64,000 bases of DNA. Origin: an uncultured delta proteobacterium. Lineage in GTDB: Bacteria; Desulfobacterota; Desulfobaccia; Desulfobaccales; 0-14-0-80-60-11. Below the pieces are notes generated by a model that was not told where the DNA came from, searched no databases, and was given only the letters and a program-made list of their open reading frames with translations. Positions 9,628 through 18,814 of this stretch are shown here, one piece after another; position 1 is the stretch's first letter; each line of letters opens with the position of its first letter. Position numbers and translations under genes: made by a program. The stretch covers positions 124,449-188,448 of the forward strand of contig CAVPBF010000004.1 of assembly GCA_963701845.1 (NCBI GenBank), written 5' to 3'.

Positions 9628-10920
9628 GTGTATTGGGACGCAACCATTGAAACCATAAAAACTGCAAAATTGCGGGAACTCCAGCTGCTGCGGCTCCAAG
9701 AGACGGTGGCCCGGGCCGGCCGGAGCCCCTTTTACGCCGAGCGCCTGACCCAGGCCGGGGTCTCCGCCGATCAGATCAATAGTCTGGAGGATATCCGGAA
9801 GATTCCCTTCACCACCAAGGCCGACCTCAGGGCCCGGGGGCGGGAGATGCTCACCGTACCTTTGACCGAGATCGTGCGGCTGCACGCCTCTTCGGGCACC
9901 ACCGGCCAGGCCACGGTGATCTATTACACCCGCCGGGATATTGAGACCTGGGCCGATCTGGTGGCCCGCTCCATGTACATGACCGGGGTGCGGCCGGGGG
10001 ACGTCTTCCAGAACATGATGGGCTACGGGCTGTTCACCGGCGGATTGGGTTTTCATTACGGCGGCGAACGCCTGGGGGCCCTCACCATCCCCGCCGGCGC
10101 CGGCAACAGCGCCCGGCAGCTCCAGCTCATGCAGCAGTTCGGCAGCACCGTGATCCACATCATCCCCAGCTTCGCCCTTTATCTGTTGAACACCTTTGCC
10201 AAACACGGCCTCGATCCCCGGGACCTGCCTCTCCGGATCGCCTTTGTCGGGGCCGAGCCCCATTCGGAGGACATGCGCCGGCGCATCGAGGCGGCCTACG
10301 GCCTCAAGGCCTATAACTCCTACGGCCTCTCCGAGATGAACGGCCCGGGGGTGGCCTTCGAGTGCCCGGAGCAGAACGGCATGCACGTCTGGGAAGACGC
10401 CTTTCTGCTGGAGGTGTTGGACCCCCAGACCCTGGAGCCGGTGGGCCCCGGCGTAGTGGGCGAGCTGGTCTTTACCAATCTGACCCGCCAGGGCATGCCG
10501 CTCCTGCGCTACCGCACCCGGGACCTGGCCGCCTATGACGACAGCCCCTGCCCCTGCGGCCGCGTCCTCCCGGCGCCTCTCCCGCATCCAGGGCCGCAGC
10601 GACGACATGCTCATCATCAAAGGGGTCAACATCTTTCCCCATGCAGATCGACCAGGTGCTCATGGCCATGCCCGAGGTGGGCAGCCACTACCTGGTGGAA
10701 GTGACCCGGGAGGACTTCAGCGACCTGATGCACGTCAAGGTGGAGGTGCAGGCAGAATTTTTTCCAGGAGGACCTGAAATATCTGAGCAAATTGCAGAAA
10801 CGCATCACCGAGGCCTTGAAGAGCGAACTGCTGGTGACGCCCCGGGTGGAACTGGTGGAGCCCAACACCCTGCCCCGCCCCGAAGGCAAGGCCCAGCGTG
10901 TGGTGGATAGGAGAAAGTGA
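9628..10920 (+). pseudogene. paaK: phenylacetate-CoA ligase (PaaK family), split over four frames
   Basis: N-terminal PaaK pattern (IPFTTKADLR, SSGTTGQATV, YNSYGLSEMNGPG). The C-terminus continues across frames: ..CPCGR / SSRRLSRIQGRSDDMLIIKGVNIFP / MQIDQVLMAMPEVGSHYLVEVTRED..VKVEVQAEFF / QEDLKYLSKLQKRITEALKSELLVTPRVELVEPNTLPRPEGKAQRVVDRRK. Two shifts fall in C4 (10637-10640) and T6 (10758-10763). Confidence 0.85.
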
Positions 10921-10945
10921 GCAGTAAGCAGTTAGCAGTGAGCAG
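10918..10945 (+). repeat. heptanucleotide tandem repeat (TNAGCAG) x4
   Basis: tgagcag taagcag ttagcag tgagcag, beginning at the paaK stop codon. Confidence 0.6.
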
Positions 10946-11071
10946 GAGAGGGGAGGGTAGCAGTGTAAAATAGGGCAGGCTGTGCCCGCCAAATTTGACT
11001 GGATAAACGCGAGGTTTAAACCCGCCTCGACATTGACAACCACGGGTGCGGATGGTAAACATTCGGGGTGA

Positions 11072-11159
11072 GGAGGGATGGCCGAGCGGTTTAAGGCGGC
11101 GGTCTTGAAAACCGCAGACTCTAACGGGTCCGGGAGTTCGAATCTCTCTCCCTCCGCCA
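11072..11159 (+). tRNA. tRNA-Ser (anticodon UGA)
   Basis: ggaggga acceptor pairs with tccctcc. Anticodon arm gcggt-CTTGAAA-accgc gives anticodon TGA. Long variable arm, T-arm gggag-ttcgaat-ctctc, G73 and encoded CCA. 88 nt. Confidence 0.92.
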
Positions 11160-11350
11160 TCCTTTATTAAATGAAACCAATAAGTTGACTTGTAGAAAAT
11201 ATCTTATTTAACGCGTGCAAACCGCGTGCAATCCAATCATACTCACCCTCCAAGAACAACAGATTTACCCCCAGAGATGCCCTCGGAATTCACCAGGTGG
11301 GGACAAAATAATCGGGGACTCGAAGGCCCTCGGCAAAAAGAAGCTGCTTA

Positions 11351-11846
11351 CTATAGCTTTAGATCAATCAGACAGCCATCCGCTTTTTCAGATCCACCAA
11401 CCAACTCCAGGTATTGCGTTCGTGAAGCCAACTGCTCAAGGTTTTCCCTCCGGAGGCTAACCTCATGGAGCTGGTCGATTCGTCCGCTTAGTTCAGCAAT
11501 TAACGATATTGATCCACTGGCATTTATGTCTTCCAGCCGCTGCTGGCGGGCGCAGATAGACAGACTTCAGTTTGGCTTTGTCTTGCTTAGGTTCCATTAT
11601 TCCCGCTTTTCCACCCGCGAAGAAGGGAAAACTCTCACCTATCAGGCTCGGTTCCTTGAACTCTTCGTTTGCTGGCGAGGGCTGGTCAGGGAAGAGGCGG
11701 CTCAGCGTGGCCAGGTTCAGGGCGAAGACCCAAAGCGGGCTACTGTTGGCGGCAAAGCGGGCTATTTTGAAGATCGAAGCCCAGACGGTGCCATCGAGAA
11801 ATATTTCGGAAAGTGGAAAGTTGCTGTTTCGGTGAAATTTATGGTA
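11351..11846 (-). pseudogene. start-less, frameshifted gene remnant (unknown family)
   Basis: The minus-strand reading gives protein-like ..SEIFLDGTVWASIFKIARFAANSSPLWVFALNLATLSRLFPDQ..GIMEPKQDKAKLKSVYLR. After a shift it continues ..QQRLEDINASGSISLIAELSGRIDQLHEVSLRRENLEQLASRTQYLEL.. No usable start codon. The overlapping + strand 214-aa ORF looks non-protein-like. Confidence 0.3.
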
Positions 11847-11977
11847 TTATGCCTCCGTTCGCCAGATTAGTGCTGGTTTGCAGGAGGATGGTATGAGACT
11901 CTATAAAGTGATGACCGCACTGCGGAGCAGTCCAGCAGACCTATCAGTATGATCCGTTTGGGGTTCGGCTGAATGCA

Positions 11978-12005
11978 GCGGGTTCAAGTCCCGTCGCTCA
12001 CCCCA
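11978..12005 (+). other. second tRNA 3'-end remnant (tRNA-His-like acceptor ..CAC-C-CCA)
   Basis: gcggg-ttcaagt-cccgt T-arm followed by cgctcac-c-cca. No matching 5' acceptor strand upstream. C73 with ..CAC is the bacterial tRNA-His pattern. Confidence 0.5.
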
Positions 12006-12431
12006 ATCTTTTATTAATAAAATAAACTAGATACCTTTTTATTTACCCTATTTTTAGTGTCCCCAAACTGTCCCCAAATAACCAAGAGACAGTATGGGAC
12101 CAAAGAAGTTCGTGTCCGCCTCTTGAAATTTTTCTCCAGTAGGTTCCCCTCAGCCAGCCATCACCCGCAAAAAGTGTTAACCATTTTCCCTGGCTCATGG
12201 CATAATGCTTTGGGTGGGGCCCGATGAATCTTCTTAATAAATGAAGAGCTTACATTTCCGGATGAAGAATTTTATGAGTGGCCATAGATCCAAACAGATC
12301 CGGGAGCTTATCCCGAATCCGGCCCAGCCGGAATTGCTTATGATGGGAAAGATTGGCTATCACCGGCTGAGCGTCTGTGCTACATCCTTTATTAAATTTG
12401 AGGACCAATTCAGCTCATACCGGAAGGAAAC

Positions 12432-14129
12432 ATGACTCCAGAAAGGCTTCGGGAAATCATCTCCGGAGGCGAAAGCCTGACCGTGGAATTTAAAGGAGAG
12501 GAGAAGAGACCCCTCTCGGATAACGATTTCCTGGAGGCGGTGGTCTGCCTGGCGAATCGATCCAAAGAGGATCTGGGCTGGCTTCTGGTGGGCGTGGAAG
12601 ACGATGGCCGAGTGACCGGGGCCAGGCCACACCAGGGTGACAGCATAGATCCCCTCAGGGTGCAGGCCCTCATTGCCAACCGCACCCGCCCTAACCTTAC
12701 CTGCCGGGCCGAAATAGTCTCCTTGGAGGGTAAACCCGTACTGGTCATTGAGGTGCCTTTGGCCGCAGTGCATGTGGGCACTTCGGATGGCAAATATTTG
12801 CGGAGGATTATTGGCGGCAAAGGTAAACCGCAGTGTGTTCCCTTTTTCTTCCACGAAGAACTCTCTTGGCAGGCCAGCCGCGGGGTGGTGGATTACTCAT
12901 CCCTCATGGTTCCTGAGGCCCAATGGGAAGACCTGGACCCCTTGGAATTTGAACGCTTGCGCCGGATGATTCGGGAAAGTCGGGGGCGAGGAGACGCCCC
13001 ACTTCTGGAGCTTTCCGACCTGGATTTGGCAAAAGCTTTGCATGCGGTGGAGGCCAATCATGAGGTCAAAGGCATCCGAGTCCTGGCCCTGCTGCTTTTT
13101 GGGAAGGAAGGCGCCCTGAGGAGGTTTCTCCCAACCCATGAAGTTGCCTTTCAGGTTCTTGCCGGCCTGGAGGTCGAGGTAAATGATTTCTTCGCCTGGC
13201 CCCTCTTCCGGGTCATGGAGGAGGTAGATACCCGCTTCCGGGCCCGCAACAGAGAAGAAGAGCTGATGATCGGCCTCCTGCGTCTCGGTATTCCCGATTA
13301 TCCTGAACGAGCCTTCCGAGAAGCTCTGGCAAATGCCCTGATTCATCGGGATTACACCCGGATGGGAGCGGTCCATATACAGTGGCACCCTGATCACTTG
13401 TCGATTTCCAACCCTGGCGGCTTTCCCGAAGGTGTGCGTCTTGACAACCTCCTGGTCACCCCACCCCGCCCCCGAAATCCGCTGCTGGCCGATGCCTTCA
13501 AAAGGGCCGGAATTGTGGAGCGCACCGCCCGAGGTATCGACACCATTTTTTTTGAACAACTCCGTAATGGTCGTCCGGCTCCCACTTATGGGCGGAGCAC
13601 CGATACCGACGTCATTCTGGTATTGCCGGGAGGCAAGGCCAACCTGGGGTTTGTCCGCCTTATAGTCGAAGAAAATCAGGCCGGGCGCCCTTTGGGTCTC
13701 GATCATCTATTGCTTCTCAATCATATCTTTTGGGAACGGCGGCTTACTGCAGCCCAAGCTACCCAAATTATTCAAAAGCCGGATACCGAAGGCCGGGCCG
13801 TTCTGGAGCACTTGGTGGAAGGAGGGATCCTGGAAGCCCGGGGGGAAGGCAAGGGCAGGGCCTACCATCTTTCGGCGGCCACTTACCGCCGTTTGGGGGA
13901 AAAGTCGGCCTATGTCCGCACCCGGGGCTTTGAACCCCTCCAACAAGTACAAATGATCCTTCAATTTGTGGAAAAGCACGGAAAGATATCACGTTCTGAA
14001 GCCGCTGAACTTTGCCAGTTAAAGCCGATGCAGGCTTACCGGTTGCTGCAAAAGCTGGTCAAACAGGGCCTTTTGACACCACGAGGTGGTAGAGGGAGGG
14101 GAGTTACGTACGTGCAAAAACCACCCTAA
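12432..14129 (+). CDS. AlbA_2 (Schlafen-like) + HATPase_c_4 + wHTH protein (COG2865-type, RecG-like putative transcriptional regulator)
   Basis: N-terminal GGESLTVEFKGEE..LEAVVCLANRS..GWLLVGVEDDGRVTG (AlbA_2 pattern). Central REALANALIHRDY (HATPase_c_4 pattern). C-terminal winged-helix-like region. RBS GGAAGGAAA. Confidence 0.85.
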   Translation: MTPERLREIISGGESLTVEFKGEEKRPLSDNDFLEAVVCLANRSKEDLGWLLVGVEDDGRVTGARPHQGDSIDPLRVQALIANRTRPNLTCRAEIVSLEGKPVLVIEVPLAAVHVGTSDGKYLRRIIGGKGKPQCVPFFFHEELSWQASRGVVDYSSLMVPEAQWEDLDPLEFERLRRMIRESRGRGDAPLLELSDLDLAKALHAVEANHEVKGIRVLALLLFGKEGALRRFLPTHEVAFQVLAGLEVEVNDFFAWPLFRVMEEVDTRFRARNREEELMIGLLRLGIPDYPERAFREALANALIHRDYTRMGAVHIQWHPDHLSISNPGGFPEGVRLDNLLVTPPRPRNPLLADAFKRAGIVERTARGIDTIFFEQLRNGRPAPTYGRSTDTDVILVLPGGKANLGFVRLIVEENQAGRPLGLDHLLLLNHIFWERRLTAAQATQIIQKPDTEGRAVLEHLVEGGILEARGEGKGRAYHLSAATYRRLGEKSAYVRTRGFEPLQQVQMILQFVEKHGKISRSEAAELCQLKPMQAYRLLQKLVKQGLLTPRGGRGRGVTYVQKPP

Positions 14130-14168
14130 ATGCACGCGTGGTTTACACCAAATGCACGCGTGGTTTTT
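14116..14168 (+). terminator. hairpin with T-tract enclosing a 17-bp direct repeat (AAATGCACGCGTGGTTT x2)
   Basis: aaaaaccac (14116-14124) pairs with gtggttttt (14160-14168). Direct repeats at 14128-14144 and 14150-14166. Overlaps the stop codon of the AlbA_2 gene. Confidence 0.45.
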
Positions 14169-14611
14169 AAATATAACAAGTGCATTACATAATTTGATCC
14201 CAAGAATGTAAGCATTTATAATGGTTGTCAGTGGTCAGCTTAGCTGGGCCTATTTTAGAATATCCTTGGTAACACAAAAGACCACGACAACCTCACAACG
14301 GGCGAGGTGCAGGTTAGTCTCCTTCTGGTCCACCGTGATTTATCTCCTCTACCCCTCTGCCAAAAGATATCACCCCCGCATCTTGTATCCAAAGGTGGCT
14401 GCAGGTCCCCGTTTCTATGGCCAAAACTCCCGCAAATGGCCCCCTTTTATTTGACCATACACAGTTGTGAACGGAAAGTTAATAGGGAACCAGTCTTTGG
14501 CAATTCAAAAGGGATCCACCTGTTTATTGTGATGCTGGCTGTGCAGCCAACCGCTGGTGAGGGCGTGGCGAAACGGGATTGATGAAAAAATTAGTGGGAG
14601 GAAAAAAAGCC

Positions 14612-15433
14612 ATGATTGATTTTCAACCGGTTGATGTTTGTGGAAAAACCATAGACGACGTTTGGTTTCAACTTCTCAAGCAAGTTTTAATTCATGGACG
14701 CGTTTATAAGAAAGACGAGGGCTCTTTTGCTGGTGAGGAAATGCTTGAACTTGACAGGGTGAGCGGAACAATTTTTGAGCCTCTGCAATATAATGAGTCT
14801 GGAATTCGTAAGCCTCTGGCTGTAACTGTTCCTGGTGGGGTTGATACCCCCACTACGGATGAGTACATTGAGAAGTATTTTGTGGAATATTTGATGGACT
14901 CAAACCTGCCCCAAACTGAACATTATCGTTATTCAACCTTTATTACCGGAGGCCATTATACTCTGCCCAAATTGGATTTTTTAATTCCAGACCGGCCTTC
15001 TTGGTATTCATTGGATGAGGTTATGGTGAAAGTGCCTAATCAAATTCAATGGTGCATTGACCACTATAAGACCAAGGGATTTCACAACAATCATTGCCTC
15101 ATTCAGCTGGGCTATCCAGAATCAAACCTGGCCTATGATAAGCCGTTTCAAGATGAAACTGAACGTGGAACCAGTCCATGTTTGCGTCTTATCGACACCA
15201 AAATAGTGAAGGATTCAGACGGAGAGTTTTACCTTTGTTTTTATGTAACTTTCCGGTCTTGGAATTTGTGGGGTGGATGGCCAACCAATATTGGCGGTTT
15301 AGCCATTCTCATGGAGTATATGGCCCACGAACTTGAAGTTAATCCTGGGCCATTGAGTTTCAATTCCAAAGCCATGAACATTTATAAATTTCAATGCACT
15401 TCTGTAATGAATCGGGTGGGGACTGTTGAGTAA
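14612..15433 (+). CDS. divergent thymidylate synthase (ThyA)/pyrimidine C5-modifying enzyme-like protein
   Basis: Ordered matches to E. coli ThyA motifs: SPCL (catalytic PCH), LCFYVTFRSWN (QLYQRSxD), WPTNIGGLA (PFNIASYA), AMNIY (THLY). The N-terminal DRTGTG loop is replaced by DEGSFAGEE. GGGAGGA RBS precedes ATG 14612. AT-rich relative to neighbours. Confidence 0.6.
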   Translation: MIDFQPVDVCGKTIDDVWFQLLKQVLIHGRVYKKDEGSFAGEEMLELDRVSGTIFEPLQYNESGIRKPLAVTVPGGVDTPTTDEYIEKYFVEYLMDSNLPQTEHYRYSTFITGGHYTLPKLDFLIPDRPSWYSLDEVMVKVPNQIQWCIDHYKTKGFHNNHCLIQLGYPESNLAYDKPFQDETERGTSPCLRLIDTKIVKDSDGEFYLCFYVTFRSWNLWGGWPTNIGGLAILMEYMAHELEVNPGPLSFNSKAMNIYKFQCTSVMNRVGTVE

Positions 15434-15751
15434 TGGGACGATAAACCGGCTTTTGCGCCCAAAATACGCCCATACGCGCTTCCACCCTCAGCTTAGACAA
15501 GGTTGATAAAAACCGGTTGGGTTAGGGGCGTTCATAACACCAATTTCGATTTGCGGATCATATCCTCAACTAATTGCTTTTCTAAAGAAGTTGCGGTTTT
15601 GGCAAGTTAGCCGCGTCGGTCGAAGGATTGAATCCAATGGTGTGAGGGGTATGATTTCTGCTCTACTCGAGGCGGAAATCGCAGGAATTAAATTTGACCA
15701 ACAGGCCGAGAATAAGGAATCGTGAGGCATAAACCACCCGGAGGATTTGAG

Positions 15752-16443
15752 CTAATCTGATGGGTCCAAATGGCCATCCTTGAGGTGGTAAACATAATCG
15801 AACCCTTCGATCATCCGCACATCGTGGGTGACCACGATCACGGCCGACTGGTTTTCCTTAGCGATTTTCTTGAGCATTTCCATGACCTTTTTGCCGCGCA
15901 CGGTATCCAGCGAGGCGGTGGGTTCGTCGGCCAGGATAAGCCTGGGGTTGTTGGCCAGGGCCCGGGCGATGGCCACCCGTTGCTGTTCGCCGCCGGAGAG
16001 CAGGGCCGGCAGGTAATCGGCCCGGTCGGCGATTTCCATGTACTCCAGAAGTTCCATGACCCGGTTATCGGCGCGCCTCCCCTTTAGCGCCCACCAGGCT
16101 TAAGGGAAAACAGGACATTCTGGCGGGCCGTCAGGAAGGGAATGAGGTTGTGGGCCTGGAAGATAAAGCCCATCTTCTCCCGGCGGAGGCGCCGGATATC
16201 CACTCCTCCGGACCAGCCGTTTTTCTGAAAAATCGTCTGGCCGTCAAAGACGATTTTCCCGGCGGTGGGGTCGAGAATTAGGCTGGTGCACAGCAGCATG
16301 GTGGTCTTGCCGGAGCCGCTGGGTCCTAGCAGGGCGACCAGGTCTCCGGCGGCTACCGAAAGATTGATATCCTCCAGGGCCCGCACCTCCAGCCGGCCCG
16401 ACCCGAAAATCTTGCTCAGGCCTTCGATCCTCAAGACTTCCAT
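15752..16443 (-). pseudogene. ABC transporter ATP-binding protein (DevA/MacB/LolD-like), one frame disruption
   Basis: MEVLRIEGLSKIF..LLGPSGSGKTT (Walker A) lies in ORF 16084..16680. [15 protein letters not shown] (signature) and LILADEPT (Walker B) lie in ORF 15752..16057. The break is near 16060-16095. Confidence 0.85.
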
Positions 16444-17646
16444 CACTGCCCTCCCAGGGCCAGGGCCGGTTCGGTCTTCAAAGCCTGGCGGACGCCCAGG
16501 CCGCTGGCCAGGATCGCTCCCAGCAGGGCTATTAAGAAAGTGATAAGGTGGTCGCCGGGTAGCAGCACGACTCGCCTCGGAAAAAGTTGGTAGGTATTGG
16601 AGATGAGAATCAAGCCGAAAAGAAAGCTGCTGCAGGTCAGGAGCAGAGATTCCTCCAGCACCATGCGGATGATCACCCAATTGGGGGCGCCGATGAGCTT
16701 CATGACGGCAATGCTGCGAATTTTTTCCATGGTGAAGGTGTAGATGACCAGGGAAATAATCACCATGGAAACGATAAAGAGTATAATCCGGAAAAGGATG
16801 GTCTGCGCCTTGGCCTTGGCCAATTTTCCCTGCAGCATCAGGTTTATCTGCTGGTCAGTGGTATAAACCGAGAGATAAAGCCATTTTTGAATTTGTTGGC
16901 TAACGGTGTGGGCGTCCGCTCCCGGAGTCAATTTCACCACGACGGCGTTAATGATATGGGTGTCGGGCAGCAGACGCGGCCAGGTACTTATCAGCTTCCG
17001 ACTGGGAGAAGCCTCCCGAGCGCGTCAGGCTCTGCCACAAACGCTCCCGCTGGTTACGGATCTCTTCGTTATCCCGCTGAAACAGCACCTCCTGGGCGTC
17101 CGGCAGTGATAAATACACCAGGGGTTCTCCGTCTACGTCGCTGCCCTGGGAAGTCAACCCCACCACCCGATAGGTATGCAGCCCCAGCCGGACCATCTCT
17201 CCCACTTTTAGCCCTAATTTTTTATGAGCCACCATTTCATAATGAGCCCGGTCGATGCCGTGACCGGCCACGATATCCTGGGGCCCTCCCAGACCGCCGA
17301 AAACATCGTAGCCGACGATGGCGAAGCGCCGGTTTCTTCCCTGGATTTTCCTTTCCACGGGATAATAGATGAGAGGACTGGCCTGGGCGACGCCGGCAAT
17401 GGCGGCAACGCTATAATGATAGAACTCGGGCAGAATGGACTGCTCATTGATAGGACCGCCCCGGTAGCGCTCCACCACCCAGAGGTCGGGATTGGTGGTC
17501 TTGATGAAGGAAAGCCCTTCCAGCAGGAAGCCCCGGTAAATGCCGTTAAACGGCCAGGACCACGGCGAAGAGCAGACCCACCCCGATGATGGTGGCGATG
17601 AAGCGCCCTTTATGGATGCTTGAGGTCGTAGAATGGCTAAGTCCAT
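16443..17646 (-). pseudogene. ABC exporter permease (DevC/FtsX-like), multiple frame disruptions
   Basis: Fragments HKGRFIATIIGVGLLFAVVLA / FNGIYRGFLLEG...RVVGLTSQGSD / VNAVVVKLTPGADA...MKLIGAPNWVIIRMVLEESLLL together form one MacB/DevC-type permease. ATGA-type overlap with the ATPase start at 16443. Confidence 0.75.
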
Positions 17647-18814
17647 CAGTCCCCTCTGGGTCGGTTTGCCTGATTTCCGGTTGAATCTTCTGACCGGGCA
17701 TGAGACCGGCTGGGTTAATGACTACCAAGTCGCCCCTCTTTCAGACCCTCCAGTTACCGCGCTTCGCCTGCCGTCGTTGCAACCCCAGGGAAACTTTTTG
17801 GAAGCGCAGCAATGCCCTCATCCGCCACCAGCACGCCCTTAGCAGCCGTTCCTGGTGAGAATGGCGGATAGGGGCACCGCCAGTGCCGTCTGACGGCCGG
17901 TATCAATATCCACCTCGGCTTCCTCCCCGATGACCAGGGGCTGGGGCAATTTATCGAACTTCACATCCACTTCCAGTTCCCGGGTGACGGTGTCGGCCTC
18001 TTGGTTGAGGCGAACCACCTCGCCCTGGAAAATCCGGCCCGGAACGCAGTGTGATCCGGCCGGCTGGCCCTCCCGCAGTTGGGCGACCTGGGTCTGGTCA
18101 ATCCAGGCAGCCACCCAGAGCATGGTCCGGGTCCACCATCTGAAAGATGGGGGTGCCGGGAGCGATGGTGGTGCCGATTTCCGCTTTGCGCACCGTGATC
18201 AGGCCGTCCATGGGGGCCACAATGCGCGTGTAGTTATGGAGCGCCGCCGCGGCGTGGGTTTCCGATTCCGCCTGCTTGACCGCGGCCTCCAGGGCCGTCA
18301 CCGTGGCCTTGGTGGCCGCGACCTCGCTTTCCGCCACCTTTAGTTGGGCCTTGGTGGTGTCAAAGGCCGCTTTGGAGATGTAGCCGGGCTTGAAGACCTC
18401 CAGGTCCCGCTGGTAGTTGCTTTGGGCCAGCCCCAGGTTGGCCTGGGCTTTGCCCATATCCGCCTGGGCCCGGCCCAGGTCCCGCTGGGCGCGGCTCTTG
18501 GCAGCCTGGGCGGCCATCTGCCGGGCCCGCAATTCCATCGCGTCCAATTTCGCCAGGAGTTGGCCTTTCTGCACCCGGTCGCCCTGGTCGGCATAGAGTT
18601 TTTCCAGGATGCCGGTGATCTTGGCGCTCACCGTAACCGGCACTTTGCATTGCACTGTGCCCGGGCCATGAACTTTGCCTTGCACTTCAACCTTTTTTAC
18701 CACCATCACCGCCACCGGCGGACGGTGACCAGAAAAGGCGGTAGCCTGCCGAGCAAAATGATGATGAAGCCCGATGGCAACCCCGATAGCTTTCTTGCCC
18801 CCAGGTAATTTCAC
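17644..18814 (-). pseudogene. HlyD/DevB-family membrane fusion protein, frame disruptions
   Basis: Lipoyl/coiled-coil pattern (ITGILEKLYADQGDRVQKGQLLAKLD, then a long Ala/Gln coiled coil; APMDGLIT). The C-terminal barrel fragments ..GEVVRLNQEADTVTRELEVDV.. and ..GLKEGDLVVINPAGLMPGQKIQ lie in other frames. Confidence 0.75.

Noticed and set aside
11226-11870. 214-aa plus-strand ORF downstream of tRNA-Ser
   Set aside because: The translation is Arg/Ser/Pro-rich and not protein-like. The opposite strand gives a far more protein-like, though broken, reading, so I annotated a minus-strand remnant instead.
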